Positions 47,187 through 59,007 of a stretch of DNA of 64,000 nucleotides are shown one piece after another. The number at the start of each line of letters is the position of its first letter. The first letter of the stretch is position 1. Both the position numbers and the translations under genes were made by a program. Below the pieces are notes generated by a model. That model did no database searches, was not told where the DNA came from, and saw only the letters and a list, made by a program, of their open reading frames with translations. This DNA comes from an uncultured Collinsella sp. (lineage in GTDB: Bacteria; Actinomycetota; Coriobacteriia; Coriobacteriales; Coriobacteriaceae), in contig CATVYG010000007.1 in the NCBI GenBank assembly GCA_958348225.1, positions 3,857 through 67,856 of the forward strand. Direction: 5' to 3'.

Positions 47187-49133
47187 TTAGTTTTCGGAAC
47201 GGTTGGCCGATGTCTGGGCGCGCTCGGCATTCCATGCAACAAGTGCCTCGTGGACCGCTTTGGCGACATCGGCCGGAACGCCTCGAACTTCTGCAATCTC
47301 CTGCTCGCTTGCCGCACGCAAACGCTTCATCGAGCCAAAATGGCGCATAAGGGCACGTTTTCTGGTGGGTCCCACGCCTGGAACGTCATCGAGTACCGAA
47401 ACCGTCATGGCTTTATCGCGCAATTCGCGATGGAACGTGATGGCAAAACGGTGCGATTCATCGCGCACCTGTTTAATTAGATAGAGCGACGCGGACCCGG
47501 TTGGAAGCACGACGGGAGTCTCGTCCCAAGGCACGAAAACCTCCTCATCGGCCTTTGCCAAGCCACAAACTGGTATATCGAGCCCAAGAGTTTCAAGTTG
47601 CTTGATCGCAGCGGTCAATTGCGGCTTACCGCCATCGACAACGAGCAAATCGGGGCGCGAGCCAAAGCGCTCGTCGGCCATGCGCTCGGGAGCATAGCGT
47701 CGTCCCAAAACCTCGGACATCGACACGAAGTCGTTTGCCTCGTCCAATTCGGCCTGAATTTTAAAACGGCGGTACTGGCTCTTGTCGGCGCGCCCGTTGG
47801 TAAACACCACCATCGAGGCGACCGTAAAGGTGCCATGCAGTGTAGAGATATCGAAGCACTCGATACGCATCGGCGGCGCCGGCAGCGCCAACGCGCTTTC
47901 GAGCTCCAGGAGCGCTTGATTGGTGCGGTCGTCAGCGTACCCCGTTCGCATCATATAGCGCATGAGGGCATGGCGCGCATTTTTGGATGCCATATCGAGC
48001 AGACGGTGCTTTTCGCCACGCTGCGGCCTATGGAGATGGCAGGAACGTTCACGCTTGCCCGCAAGCCACTCCCCCAGCGCCTCCGCATCCTCAAGCTCGA
48101 CGGAAAGGTTGACCTCAGCTGGAATATCAGCCGTCTCGTCGTAATAGCGCTTAAGAAAGCCCGATTGAAGTTCCTCTTCGTCGACATCCAAACCCTTATC
48201 GAGAATAAACTCGCAGGTTCGAACCGTTCGACCCTCACGCACGACAAAGACGCAAGCGGCGGAGATGGTCTCCTCGCGATAGAAACCGATGACATCGATA
48301 TCGACACTGGAGGGAAAAACGACTTGCTGACGATCGTCCAGACCCCTGATGACCTCCAAACGACGTTTGACGCGTGCCGCGCGCTCAAAGTCGAGCGCCT
48401 CGGCGGCATCCGTCATCTCGGAGGTCAGCTCATCGACGACATCCTTGCGATGGCCCGACAAAAAGCGCTCGACGCGCTTGACGTTCTTGGCATAGTCTGC
48501 CGGAGAAATCGCGCCGACACACGCACCCGGGCCGCGCCCGACATGGTAGTCAAAGCAGGGGCGCCCGTTTTGCGCGCAAATCATATTGACGATGTCTTCC
48601 TCGCCCTTGTGGGACTCGACGATACGACGACAACGACGCCACTCCGCACAAGAAGCCGAGCAGATCGGGATCACCTTGCGCAGCGTGTCAATGGTCTCAC
48701 GCGCCGCGCGGCTGTCAGTATAGGGACCAAAATAACGCGTTCCCGGCTTATGGCGCTCACGCGTATATTTGATAGCGGGATACAGGTCGCCCTTTGTAAT
48801 GGCGATAAAGGGGTAGCTCTTGTCATCCTTGAGGTCGACGTTAAAGTACGGATGGTACTGACCAATCAAATTGCGCTCGAGCACCAACGCCTCGTGCTCG
48901 GTCTCCACCACGATATAGTCAAAGCTCGCCACCAGCTGCATCATCAGCGGGATCTTTTGACGCTCATCCTGCAGTGTCACGTACTGGCGCATACGGGAAC
49001 GCAGGTTTTTTGCCTTGCCAACGTAGATGACATCGCCCTTGGCATCTTTCCAAAGGTAACATCCGGGCTGCGTGGGAACGCGCGAAACCTGCTCGGCGAG
49101 TGTTGGAATGTTGTCGTGACCGGCCACACGCAC
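47187..49133 (-). CDS. uvrC: Excinuclease ABC subunit C
   Basis: GIY-YIG PGCY...IYVGKAKNLR, RIECFDIS, DGGKPQL, RDESHRFA, HhH GVGP. Confidence 0.97.
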   Translation of the reverse strand: MRVAGHDNIPTLAEQVSRVPTQPGCYLWKDAKGDVIYVGKAKNLRSRMRQYVTLQDERQKIPLMMQLVASFDYIVVETEHEALVLERNLIGQYHPYFNVDLKDDKSYPFIAITKGDLYPAIKYTRERHKPGTRYFGPYTDSRAARETIDTLRKVIPICSASCAEWRRCRRIVESHKGEEDIVNMICAQNGRPCFDYHVGRGPGACVGAISPADYAKNVKRVERFLSGHRKDVVDELTSEMTDAAEALDFERAARVKRRLEVIRGLDDRQQVVFPSSVDIDVIGFYREETISAACVFVVREGRTVRTCEFILDKGLDVDEEELQSGFLKRYYDETADIPAEVNLSVELEDAEALGEWLAGKRERSCHLHRPQRGEKHRLLDMASKNARHALMRYMMRTGYADDRTNQALLELESALALPAPPMRIECFDISTLHGTFTVASMVVFTNGRADKSQYRRFKIQAELDEANDFVSMSEVLGRRYAPERMADERFGSRPDLLVVDGGKPQLTAAIKQLETLGLDIPVCGLAKADEEVFVPWDETPVVLPTGSASLYLIKQVRDESHRFAITFHRELRDKAMTVSVLDDVPGVGPTRKRALMRHFGSMKRLRAASEQEIAEVRGVPADVAKAVHEALVAWNAERAQTSANRSEN

Positions 49134-50816
49134 CTACTTGCGACGAAGCAGCGCCGAGACCTCGGGCATCTTAAGGACGACGGCAAGGCCAAAGGTAACA
49201 GCAAGCGAGACGACACCCGCAACGCAAACGTAGCCAAGAGTAATCAGAATCGAGCCGCCAAGTGCCCCGACAAAGTGCTCAAGCGCCCACATGACGCCGG
49301 CGCCTGCGGCAGCACCCAGGCCACCGAGCAAAAGGCCAAAGAAACCGCCATGCAGGATAGATTTGACCTGAAGGCCACGCAGACGACGACGCAGCCACCA
49401 TAGCGAACATCCGACCAAGATCACGTAGTCGACGACATACGAAAGCGCGATTGCCGGCATACCGAAGCCCAGCACAACGCCAAACAGCAGAACCGAGCCG
49501 GCCTGGCCGATGGCGGAATACAGGCAATAGCGGCTATAGGGCTTCATGTCGAGCAAGGCAGAGAAGCTCTTCTGCATCAATACGACCACGCCGTAGAGCG
49601 GCAGCGAGAACGCTAGGTAGACAAGGAACTCGGACACCAGCGCCACGCCGGACTCATCAAACTTGCCGGCACAGTAAATCATGTTGAGCGGACGCGCGAA
49701 GACAATCAGGTACAGCGCGAACGGAATCAGGAAGAACAGCATCTGGGCGACGCCACGCGAAATGCCCGTGCGAACGCTGTCGTAATCCTTCTCCTGTGCG
49801 TCGTGAGAGAGCTCGGTATAGAGCGCCGTCGAAAGCGAGGCGGCAATCAGCGCGTAGGGCAGCGTGTACCACAGGCGCGCATAGGCGATGACGGAAGGAC
49901 CGGTCTCGGGCTGGACCACCAGCGCGGCAGCGTTGGTGATAGAAGTCGAGACAAACATGCACACCGTGGCGAGCAGCGTCGGGATACCGAGCGCAATCGT
50001 CTGGCGCAGCGCGGGGTCCTTAAAGTCGATATGGATATGGGGATGCACGCCGTGCTTGCCAAGCGCGGGGATCTGACATGCCATCTGAACAAAGACACCG
50101 AGGGTCGTACCGGCCGCAATCAAGATGATGCCGGCACGTTCACCAAACTGTGCGGACACGGGCGCAAAACCCATAAAGCTCGCAATGACGATCACATTGT
50201 TGAGGACCGGGGCAAACGTCGACCAGAAGTAGTCGCGGTGTGCGTTGAGAACGCCCGAAAACACCGAGCCCAAACCATAAAACAGAATCTGGATGGCAAA
50301 GAAACGGAACATGAACGCAGCGGTATCCATGCTGCCGCCGTCACCCGAAAGGAACGATTGCGTCCAGATAAAGCCCGGGGCGAACACGGTCCCCAGCAAC
50401 GAAATGCCACCCAGCACCAAAAGCAGAATGCCAAGCAGGTTGCCCACGTACTCGTTCGAGGCCTCGCGACCCTGCTCACGCCTCACGCCCATGTACACGG
50501 GCAAAAACGCCGTCACGAGCATGCCGCCCATCACGAGTTCGTAGAGCATATTGGGCAGGTTGTTGGCGACCTGATAGGAGGACGAGAGTAGCGACATGCC
50601 GATAGCGGCCGCCATTGCCCACGTGCGGATAAAACCGGTAACGCGAGACACGATAGTCAGGATGGTCATAAGCCCGGCGGAACGACCAACCGTGGAGTAG
50701 TCCGACGAGCCCATGTCGTCAGTGTCATCTCGCGACGAAGAGACTTCGGATGAGGGTGTCTGAGGCGCAGATTCTTTTGCAAAATGAGCTCCGCACTTCA
50801 ATTCTTCCTGCGGCAT
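49134..50816 (-). CDS. murJ: Lipid II flippase MurJ (MviN)
   Basis: SRVTGFIR, ANNLPN..YEL..GG, many TM segments. Confidence 0.9.
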   Translation of the reverse strand: MPQEELKCGAHFAKESAPQTPSSEVSSSRDDTDDMGSSDYSTVGRSAGLMTILTIVSRVTGFIRTWAMAAAIGMSLLSSSYQVANNLPNMLYELVMGGMLVTAFLPVYMGVRREQGREASNEYVGNLLGILLLVLGGISLLGTVFAPGFIWTQSFLSGDGGSMDTAAFMFRFFAIQILFYGLGSVFSGVLNAHRDYFWSTFAPVLNNVIVIASFMGFAPVSAQFGERAGIILIAAGTTLGVFVQMACQIPALGKHGVHPHIHIDFKDPALRQTIALGIPTLLATVCMFVSTSITNAAALVVQPETGPSVIAYARLWYTLPYALIAASLSTALYTELSHDAQEKDYDSVRTGISRGVAQMLFFLIPFALYLIVFARPLNMIYCAGKFDESGVALVSEFLVYLAFSLPLYGVVVLMQKSFSALLDMKPYSRYCLYSAIGQAGSVLLFGVVLGFGMPAIALSYVVDYVILVGCSLWWLRRRLRGLQVKSILHGGFFGLLLGGLGAAAGAGVMWALEHFVGALGGSILITLGYVCVAGVVSLAVTFGLAVVLKMPEVSALLRRK

Positions 50817-50819
50817 CGC

Positions 50820-51320
50820 TCAGTCCTCTCTCGTAATCGCGGCAACCGTCGCCCCGCAAAATGCAATTAAATCATCGGGTGCAAGCTCGAGCTGATAACC
50901 ACGCTTGCCTCCCGAAATAAAAATGGTATCCCAAAGGACGCATGTCTCGTCAATGAGCGTCCGGTAGCGTTTTTTCATACCGACCGGGCTGCAGCCGCCG
51001 CGAACGTAGCCAGTCGCCGCAAGCAAATCCTTCACATGCATCATGGCCAAGGACTTCTCCCCCGCGGCACGCGCGGCGGACTTTAGATCGAGCTCGTCGG
51101 CAACAGGGATGCAGCACACGACATAGTCGTTGGACGGCGTCACGCAGACCAAAGTCTTAAATCCTTGACCGGGCTCCTCGCCAAGCTGCTCCGAAATCGC
51201 GACCCCCAGGCCCACCGACTCATCACCATCGTCTTCGTACGTATGTAGAACATAGGAAATGCCGGCACTTTCCAGCTCGCGCATCGCATTGGTTTTTGGC
51301 GTCTTTACAGCCTTTGCCAT
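50820..51320 (-). CDS. ybaK: Cys-tRNA(Pro) deacylase
   Basis: KTNAMR.L, FKTLV, TGYVRGGCSPVG, SGGKRG. Confidence 0.92.
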   Translation of the reverse strand: MAKAVKTPKTNAMRELESAGISYVLHTYEDDGDESVGLGVAISEQLGEEPGQGFKTLVCVTPSNDYVVCCIPVADELDLKSAARAAGEKSLAMMHVKDLLAATGYVRGGCSPVGMKKRYRTLIDETCVLWDTIFISGGKRGYQLELAPDDLIAFCGATVAAITRED

Positions 51321-51452
51321 GACATATCCTTTCCCTCGCATTCGGACGCAAAGATTAAGTATATGTCCAATTCGGCTGCATACGTCACTTCGACACAGCA
51401 AGCGCCATCGAATCACGAGGAGTCGATGGCGCCCATAAACTGAATCGCCTAT

Positions 51453-54332
51453 TTATTGAGCATCAAGTTGAGCCTGACGCTCCCGGTCACGCCTGAGCAA
51501 CGGCGCCAAAAACTTGCCCGTATAACTCTGCGGACAGTCCGCAACCTGCTCCGGTGTGCCCGAAACCACGACGGTTCCGCCGCCGTTACCGCCCTCGGGA
51601 CCCATATCGATCAGGCGGTCGGCAACCTTGATGACATCAAGGTTGTGCTCAATCACCAGCACCGTGTTGCCCGCATCGACCAAGCGCTGCAGCACATCGA
51701 GCAGCTGGCGGACGTCCTCAAAATGAAGACCGGTCGTCGGCTCGTCCAAAATATAGAACGTCTTGCCCGTCTGGCGTCGATGAAGCTCCTTGGCGAGCTT
51801 CACACGCTGCGCCTCGCCGCCCGAGAGCGTCGTGGCGGGCTGGCCCAGGCTCACGTAACCTAAGCCTACATCGTACAGCGTCTGGAGCTTGCGCTTAATC
51901 TGCGGGATATTCCCAAAGAAGGCCAGCGCCTCGGTGACGCTCATGTCGAGCACGTCCGAGATGGTCTTGCCACGGTAGGTGACCTCGAGTGTCTCGCGGT
52001 TGTAGCGTTTACCGCCGCAAACTTCGCAGGGAACGTAGATATCGGGAAGGAAGTGCATCTCGATCTTGATCTGCCCGTCGCCCTTGCACGCCTCACAGCG
52101 CCCGCCACTCACATTAAAGGAGAAACGACCCGGCGAGTAGCCGCGCGCCTTCGACTCCGGCGTACTCGCAAACAGCGCGCGAAGATCATCCCACAGGCCG
52201 ATATAGGTAGCAGGGTTGGAACGCGGCGTGCGGCCAATCGGCGACTGGTCGATATCGATAACCTTATCGATACACTCGATGCCCTCGATTTTCTTATACG
52301 GACCCACGGGGCGCGTCGAGCGGTGAATGGCATTCGTAAGGGCAGGCGCAATGGTGTCGGTAACCAGGGAGCTCTTGCCCGATCCCGACACGCCGGTAAC
52401 AACCGTAAGCGTACCAAACTCGATCTTGGCGGTAACGTTTTTGAGGTTGTTGGCTCGAGCGCCCGTAATTTTAAGGCAGCCGCGACCGGGCTTGCGCCGT
52501 TCATCAGGCACCCGGATCATTCGTTTGCCGGTCAGATAAGCGCCCGTCATCGACTCAGGACACGCCATGATATCGGCAGGCGTTCCCGCCGCGACTACGT
52601 GCCCGCCGTTGACACCGGCGCCGGGCCCCATGTCGATCACGTAGTCGGCGGCACGGATTGTATCCTCGTCGTGTTCGACAACGATAACGGTATTGCCGAT
52701 ATCGCGCAGGCGCTCGAGCGTCTTGATCAGGCGCTCGTTGTCACGCTGATGAAGACCGATCGAGGGCTCGTCCAGAATATAGAGCACGCCCATGAGACCC
52801 GCGCCGATCTGCGTTGCCAAGCGAATACGCTGTGCCTCGCCACCGGAAAGCGTCGCCGAGGCGCGATCGAGTGTCAGATAGTCGAGTCCAACATCGACCA
52901 GAAAACGCAGGCGCTCCAGAATTTCCTTGACGATACGGCCGCCGATAAACTGTTGGCGCTCGGTGAGTTCCAGGCCCTCAAAAAACTCGAGCGATTCACG
53001 GCACGACAGGCAACAAACTTCGTAAATGGACTTGCCGCCCACGGTGACGGCGAGCATCTCAGGGCGCAAACGAGCGCCGTGGCAGCTCGAGCACGGTTCC
53101 TCGCGAATGTACTTCTCCAGGCGCGTCTTGGTGTTCTCGTTCGTCGTCTCGGTATAGCGTTCGTACAGGATGTTGCGAACGCCCGAAAACTTGGTATCCC
53201 ACTGGCTGCGACGTCCGTCGAGCTTTTGGTAGTCGACCGAGATCTTTGTATCGCCCAGGCCATCCAAGAATGCACGACGCACGCGAGGGGGCAAGTCCTC
53301 CCACGGCGTATCGGCGCTCACCTTAAAGTGTTTGCAGACCGCAGCAAAAATCTGCGGATAGTAGTTCGAATTGCCAAACAGGCTACCAAAGACTCCGTCG
53401 GCAATGGACTTCGAGGGGTCCTCAATCAGCGCCTCGGCATCGACCGTCTTCTTAAAGCCCAGGCCATCGCACTCGGGGCACGCGCCATAGGGCGCGTTGA
53501 ACGAGAAATCACGCGGCTGCAGGTCATCGATGGAGTGTCCATGCTCCGGGCACGCTAACGCCAGCGAATACTCCAGCAACTCGCCTTCGGTCCCCTCGGG
53601 AGCGTCGCGGTCGGGCAGCAAGTATACGTTCACATTGCCGTGCGCCAGCGCAGTCGCCTGTTCAACGGACTCGGCAATACGGCCCAGCGAGTTCTCGCGA
53701 ATCACGATGCGGTCGACCACGACCTCGATATCGTGCTTGAATTTCTTATCCAAATCGATAGGGTCATCAAGCGAGCGAACCTCGCCGTCGACACGCACGC
53801 GGCTAAAGCCCTCGGCGCGAAGGTCCTCAAACAGCTTGGTGTACTCGCCTTTTCGCCCGCGCACCACCGGTGCCAGCACAAACGCGCGGCGGCCCTCCCC
53901 CGCCGCCAAGACCTTGTCGGCAACCTGGTCGGTCGTCTGGCGCTCAATGACGCGGCCGCATTCGGGACAGTGCGGGGTGCCCACACGGGCGAACAGCAGG
54001 CGCAGATAGTCATAAATCTCGGTTACAGTGCCAACCGTCGAGCGAGGGTTTTTAGACGTCGTCTTTTGGTCGATCGACACCGCCGGCGAAAGGCCGTCGA
54101 TTGAATCCAAGTCGGGTTTGTCCATCTGGCCCAAGAACTGGCGCGCATAGCTCGAAAGACTCTCGACGTATCGACGCTGGCCCTCGGCATAGATAGTGTC
54201 AAATGCCAGCGAACTCTTGCCCGAGCCAGAAAGACCGGTAATGACCACGAGTTGGTCACGCGGAATGGAAACATCGATATCACGGAGGTTGTGCTCACGA
54301 GCGCCGCGAATAACGATAGAAGAATCAGACAT
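51453..54332 (-). CDS. uvrA: Excinuclease ABC subunit A
   Basis: GAREHNL, two ABC domains ([24 protein letters not shown]), zinc fingers. Confidence 0.98.
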   Translation of the reverse strand: MSDSSIVIRGAREHNLRDIDVSIPRDQLVVITGLSGSGKSSLAFDTIYAEGQRRYVESLSSYARQFLGQMDKPDLDSIDGLSPAVSIDQKTTSKNPRSTVGTVTEIYDYLRLLFARVGTPHCPECGRVIERQTTDQVADKVLAAGEGRRAFVLAPVVRGRKGEYTKLFEDLRAEGFSRVRVDGEVRSLDDPIDLDKKFKHDIEVVVDRIVIRENSLGRIAESVEQATALAHGNVNVYLLPDRDAPEGTEGELLEYSLALACPEHGHSIDDLQPRDFSFNAPYGACPECDGLGFKKTVDAEALIEDPSKSIADGVFGSLFGNSNYYPQIFAAVCKHFKVSADTPWEDLPPRVRRAFLDGLGDTKISVDYQKLDGRRSQWDTKFSGVRNILYERYTETTNENTKTRLEKYIREEPCSSCHGARLRPEMLAVTVGGKSIYEVCCLSCRESLEFFEGLELTERQQFIGGRIVKEILERLRFLVDVGLDYLTLDRASATLSGGEAQRIRLATQIGAGLMGVLYILDEPSIGLHQRDNERLIKTLERLRDIGNTVIVVEHDEDTIRAADYVIDMGPGAGVNGGHVVAAGTPADIMACPESMTGAYLTGKRMIRVPDERRKPGRGCLKITGARANNLKNVTAKIEFGTLTVVTGVSGSGKSSLVTDTIAPALTNAIHRSTRPVGPYKKIEGIECIDKVIDIDQSPIGRTPRSNPATYIGLWDDLRALFASTPESKARGYSPGRFSFNVSGGRCEACKGDGQIKIEMHFLPDIYVPCEVCGGKRYNRETLEVTYRGKTISDVLDMSVTEALAFFGNIPQIKRKLQTLYDVGLGYVSLGQPATTLSGGEAQRVKLAKELHRRQTGKTFYILDEPTTGLHFEDVRQLLDVLQRLVDAGNTVLVIEHNLDVIKVADRLIDMGPEGGNGGGTVVVSGTPEQVADCPQSYTGKFLAPLLRRDRERQAQLDAQ

Positions 54333-54393
54333 GGAAGCTCCTTGCCTCCTATTGCATCGAATCATACTGTCGATGAGTTTAGCGCACTCGACG

Positions 54394-54407
54394 CGCACAG
54401 ATGTTCG
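54394..54407 (-). promoter_or_regulatory. LexA (Cheo-type) SOS box upstream of uvrA
   Basis: CGAAC-ATCT-GTGCG, one mismatch to CGAAC-N4-GTTCG; minus-strand -10 TATGAT at 54361-54366. Confidence 0.65.
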
Positions 54408-54525
54408 TAATACAAGATTCGCAGACCTTTAGCTTTGCGTATCGGGCGCTTTGTTTCTCGAAATGCCGTGGAAAGGTTACAGTAATCTAATACTGAACTT
54501 AATTTGCCGTAACAGAGGAACGTCC

Positions 54526-56679
54526 ATGACCGAAGATATCCCCCTTGAAATCACTTCGAGCGACATGGCCAATCTGCCCATATTCATCGCCGTCCTTATC
54601 GTGGCCATCGTCGTGGTGCGCGTATATTTTTCAATCAAACACAATGAAAAGCCGCCCATTGCCCGCGTCTTTTGGTGCGCGACGCTCCTCATCCCGCTCG
54701 GCATGGTAGCTGCATGGATTACGAATCAATTGCTCGTAAATGAGGACAATTCCCTATGGGTCCTTTCTTATTCGACGCTCGGTGCTACCGCCATCATACT
54801 TCTTGTCGAGCCCTTGGTTTCGGGACTTATCGACCAAACCGATCTTGCGACGGGAACGGTTGCCTGTATTTGCCGTGACATCCTTGTCATCGCCGCTGTT
54901 TCAGCGCTCTCGTTCGTTTCACTCGAAATTGCCTGTAACGAAACGTTCTATCGCATTCCCGCCAACTCATTCGGGTTTTCCGTCGGGCTGCTCGCGACGG
55001 TTCTGCTCTCCCTTTATTTGCTGGGACAGCGTCATGGAGGCGTCATGGCCCTCGTGCCCGTCGCCTGTTGCATCCTTGGCATTGCCGAGCACTTCGTCAT
55101 AACGTTTAAAGGCGAGGCCATCCTGCCAAGCGATATCTTGGCCCTTGGCACCGCAATGGAAGTGAGCGAGGGATACGAGTTTACCTTTACCGCCGGAATC
55201 GTAACCTCTCTAGCCCTGCTGGAGATTTCCCTGGGGCTTCTTTCGCTTATCCGACCGCGCAAGCTCCGTACGTCCACCCATGTCTTCCCCGCAATCGCCG
55301 CTAACCTCTGCGCTTTTCTGCTAGTGACCGTTGTGGGGCTCTCGGGCTTTTCCAGCATCGACTTGGAGCAGGCGCTGGATTTTGGATTTGACCGTTGGCA
55401 GCCCATCACCACATATACGTCTCAGGGTTTTATCACTTCGTTCACCGAAATGGTCAACGAGTTGCCCATTGAGAAGCCCGAAGACTATACGCCCGATGAG
55501 GCGCAGAGCATCGAGCAGGAGCTCGCCGCCGCCTACGACAGCACGTATGGCTCAAGCGAGCAGCGCGCGGCTGCCGTTGCCCAGTTCAATGAAATCAAGC
55601 CGACGATTGTTGCCGTCATGAACGAGAGTTTTAGCGACCTTTCGTGCTTTGAGCAGCTCCAGGCGGCCGGGTACACCGGCCCCGCATTCTACAACTCGCT
55701 TCCCGACACACTTGTTCGCGGCACCATGCTCGCTTCGGTCGCCGGTGGCGGAACGGCAAACTCCGAATTCGAATTTTTGACCGGAGCGACAACGGCCTTT
55801 GTCGGATTAGGCAAGATCCCCTATCAGCTGTATCAGATGAATGGCGTCAACAGCCTGGCAAAGGACCTTAAAGAGCTTGGGTATACCGCTACCGCCATGC
55901 ACCCGCAAAACCCCGTCAACTACCATCGAGATAAAATCTATCAGCAGCTGGGCTTTGGAGACTTTCTTTCAATCGGCGATTTCGAAGGTGCGCCCTGTTA
56001 CCATGCCGGCGTATGCGACTACGCCACCTACGACAAGATACTCGACCTGCTTAGAACCGACGAAGCGCCGCAGTTCATCTTTGACGTCACGATGCAAAAT
56101 CACGGCGGCTACGACTATGGCACCGTTCCCGCCGAAGAGCTGACAAACTATTGGGTCGAGGGAGCCAGCGAGGGTGCCAATAGCGCGCTCAACACCTATC
56201 TTACCTGCATCAACGCATCCGACCGGGACCTCGAGTACTTTATCAACGAGCTCCGCAATATCGGCAGACCGGTTGTCCTTGTCTTTTTTGGCGACCATCA
56301 GCCGAGCGCCGCAACGACTCTCAACGACGAGCTGTACCCTCAGGAAGATACGGCAAGCCACGCTTTCCGTATCTATCAGTCGACATATTTTGTCTGGGCT
56401 AACTATGAAATCGCCGGCAATACCGAGCTCAACGTCTACGACACCGTCGGGGCAAACGAGGTTGCAGCCATTACCCTTAATAAGATCGGCGCCCCGCTCA
56501 CCGACTATCAAAAGGCTCTGCTTGCAACAAGGTCAGATGTGCCCACCATCAATGTCGCCGGCTACCTTGGTGCCGACGGGCTGCGCTACGACTTGGAATC
56601 TGAAGACAGCCCATACGCCTCGACGATCGACAAGCTGCAGCGCATGCAATACCTCGAGTTCGCCAGCAAAGTTCAGTAA
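54526..56679 (+). CDS. LTA synthase family (sulfatase-like) membrane protein
   Basis: N-terminal TM block, VMNESF, GGGTANSEFEFLTG, TMQNHG, FGDHQP. Confidence 0.88.
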   Translation: MTEDIPLEITSSDMANLPIFIAVLIVAIVVVRVYFSIKHNEKPPIARVFWCATLLIPLGMVAAWITNQLLVNEDNSLWVLSYSTLGATAIILLVEPLVSGLIDQTDLATGTVACICRDILVIAAVSALSFVSLEIACNETFYRIPANSFGFSVGLLATVLLSLYLLGQRHGGVMALVPVACCILGIAEHFVITFKGEAILPSDILALGTAMEVSEGYEFTFTAGIVTSLALLEISLGLLSLIRPRKLRTSTHVFPAIAANLCAFLLVTVVGLSGFSSIDLEQALDFGFDRWQPITTYTSQGFITSFTEMVNELPIEKPEDYTPDEAQSIEQELAAAYDSTYGSSEQRAAAVAQFNEIKPTIVAVMNESFSDLSCFEQLQAAGYTGPAFYNSLPDTLVRGTMLASVAGGGTANSEFEFLTGATTAFVGLGKIPYQLYQMNGVNSLAKDLKELGYTATAMHPQNPVNYHRDKIYQQLGFGDFLSIGDFEGAPCYHAGVCDYATYDKILDLLRTDEAPQFIFDVTMQNHGGYDYGTVPAEELTNYWVEGASEGANSALNTYLTCINASDRDLEYFINELRNIGRPVVLVFFGDHQPSAATTLNDELYPQEDTASHAFRIYQSTYFVWANYEIAGNTELNVYDTVGANEVAAITLNKIGAPLTDYQKALLATRSDVPTINVAGYLGADGLRYDLESEDSPYASTIDKLQRMQYLEFASKVQ

Positions 56680-56824
56680 GCCCGCCCATTCGCTTGGACC
56701 CATCGTATTGCAAGCACGCTCGGCCCAAATGCATCGTAAATGACTCCCGCTCGCAAACGAGGGTACAATGACGCTCGTGTCACATCACGGGGCCCCGGCC
56801 CCAACATATACAAAGGAGTCATAC

Positions 56825-57655
56825 ATGGGTTGCGAGCACGCACAGGCCGCCGGCGGACAAACGTCGCCGTCGCAATTTGAGGAGAATACGCTGTCCGAGG
56901 TCAAACGCGTCATCGCCGTGCTTTCCGGCAAGGGCGGTGTCGGCAAGTCGTTTGTCACCGGTGCCATCGCCACCGAGCTTGCCCGTCACGGCCACAAGGT
57001 CGGCGTCCTCGATGCCGACATCACCGGTCCCTCTATCCCCAAGATGTTCGGTATGAGCGGACGCCACGTCCATGCCCTTGGCAACCTCATGCTGCCTGAA
57101 ATCTCCGAGCACGGCGTCAAGGTCATGAGCTCCAACCTTCTGCTCCAAAACGAGACCGACCCCGTCCTTTGGCGCGGTCCGGTCATCGCAGGCGCCATCA
57201 GGCAGTTCTGGAGCGAGACCTCGTGGGGCCCCATCGACTACCTGCTGGTCGACATGCCTCCGGGAACAGGCGACGTCGCGCTCACCGTCTTCCAGTCACT
57301 GCCCGTCGACGGCATCGTCATCGTCACGAGCCCGCAGGATCTGGTCTCGATGATCGTCGCCAAGGCGGTCAACATGGCCGAGAAGATGAACGTCCCCATT
57401 CTGGGCATCGTCGAGAACATGAGCTATATTGAGTGCCCCGACTGCGGCAAGAAGATCGAGGTCTTTGGCAAGAGCAAGCTCCCCGAGGTCGCAGAGCGCT
57501 ATAACCTCGACATCTTGGGCACGCTTCCCATTAATCCGGCACTCGCCGAGGCCTGCGATAAGGGCGAGGTCGAGACCGCGCTGCCCGATGGCATGTTGCC
57601 CAAGGCAGTCTCTGCCGTCGAGGCTATTACCCCGCACGAGACCGACGAGGCCTAA
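56825..57655 (+). CDS. Mrp/NBP35 (ApbC) Fe-S carrier ATPase
   Basis: SGKGGVGKS, DADITGPS, WRGP, DMPPGTGD, ENMS..CPDC. Confidence 0.93.
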   Translation: MGCEHAQAAGGQTSPSQFEENTLSEVKRVIAVLSGKGGVGKSFVTGAIATELARHGHKVGVLDADITGPSIPKMFGMSGRHVHALGNLMLPEISEHGVKVMSSNLLLQNETDPVLWRGPVIAGAIRQFWSETSWGPIDYLLVDMPPGTGDVALTVFQSLPVDGIVIVTSPQDLVSMIVAKAVNMAEKMNVPILGIVENMSYIECPDCGKKIEVFGKSKLPEVAERYNLDILGTLPINPALAEACDKGEVETALPDGMLPKAVSAVEAITPHETDEA

Positions 57656-58927
57656 GTGAACACGAGCGCCTTCTATGACGTCCTGGTAATCGGCGGCGGG
57701 GCTTCAGGCCTCGCCGCCGCCATTACGGCCGCACGTGCTGGCAAAAGCGTCTGCATCGTTGAGCGCGATGTCGCCTGCGGCCTTAAGCTCCTTGCGACCG
57801 GTAACGGCCGCTGCAACCTCTCCAACGAATCGATTGATCCTCAGCGGTATAACCACCCCGCATTCGTCGAATCTGTCATGGGCCCCCAACCCGAACAAGA
57901 GCTTATGGGTTTCTTCTCCTCGCTGGGCATCATGACAACCTCCGAGGAAGGCCGACTGTACCCGCGCTCCCTTCGCGCCGAATCGGTGCGCGACGCGCTT
58001 CTCAACGTTTGCGACCGCCTAGGTATCACCTTAATCTGCGGAGCCAACGTTGCCTCGGCGCACAAAGCTTCCGAAGGCTGGACACTCCAAATAGACCGTC
58101 CAGCGCGGGCACTCAAGGCAAAAAAGCACGACGACCGAAAATCGGAGCTCCGCTCGCTTCGGAAAGCGCTCGCCGATGTCCCTCGCAAGAACGAGGCCCT
58201 GCAGGCACATGCCGTAATTATCGCCACGGGTGGCAACCCCACTGGTATCGCCGATACGTTTCGCCTCCCCCTCACTTCGCTGCGCCCCATCCTCTGCCCC
58301 GTATCGGCAACGGTCGTCGGCGATCGGGCGGCACTCAAGACGTTGGATGGCCTGCGCGTCCGCGCCCGCTTGACGCTCGCCCGCAATCATAATGAGCTCT
58401 GGCACGAAGACGGTGAAGTCCTGTTTCGAACCTTCGGTATCTCGGGCGTCGCTGTCTTCAACCTCTCCCGTCGTATCCAGCACGGCGATACGATCCTGCT
58501 CGACGTTTTCCCCGACCTCTCCAAAGACGAGCTGCTCGATATGCTCAACCGGCGCGTTGAGCTGCTCGGCGGCTTTTCGCCCCGCGATCCCCGTTGGCTC
58601 GACGGCATGCTCGCCCCGCAACTCTCCCGCGTCGTCTGCACAGCGTTCGAGCAGTGCCATCCAGGCTCCAACGATGTCATCCACCTGGTCTCGATCCTCA
58701 AGCACTTTAAGTTGCTCGTCGAGGGAACAGCCGAGGAGCGCTCGGCGCAGGTCACGCGTGGTGGCGTATCTGTCGAGAGCATCTCAACACCCAGTCTACG
58801 CGCGAGCAGCGCTGTCGACGCCCCGCTTTACGTCTGCGGCGAAGCGCTCGACATCGACGCCGATTGTGGAGGCTTTAACCTTGCGTGGGCCTGGCTCTCG
58901 GGCATTCGCGCTGCAAGCAGCCTGTAG
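57656..58927 (+). CDS. HI0933/YhiN family flavoprotein
   Basis: IGGGASG, KLLATGNGRCN, GRLYP, VTRGGV, GEALDI...CGGFNL..AW.SG. Confidence 0.9.
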   Translation: MNTSAFYDVLVIGGGASGLAAAITAARAGKSVCIVERDVACGLKLLATGNGRCNLSNESIDPQRYNHPAFVESVMGPQPEQELMGFFSSLGIMTTSEEGRLYPRSLRAESVRDALLNVCDRLGITLICGANVASAHKASEGWTLQIDRPARALKAKKHDDRKSELRSLRKALADVPRKNEALQAHAVIIATGGNPTGIADTFRLPLTSLRPILCPVSATVVGDRAALKTLDGLRVRARLTLARNHNELWHEDGEVLFRTFGISGVAVFNLSRRIQHGDTILLDVFPDLSKDELLDMLNRRVELLGGFSPRDPRWLDGMLAPQLSRVVCTAFEQCHPGSNDVIHLVSILKHFKLLVEGTAEERSAQVTRGGVSVESISTPSLRASSAVDAPLYVCGEALDIDADCGGFNLAWAWLSGIRAASSL

Positions 58928-59007
58928 CCGCGCAGTCTATAATCAAAAACGCATTCGGGCCGTCTGGGATACCGGACGGCCTCTTTCTTGCCTCTAAGGA
59001 GACCTCG

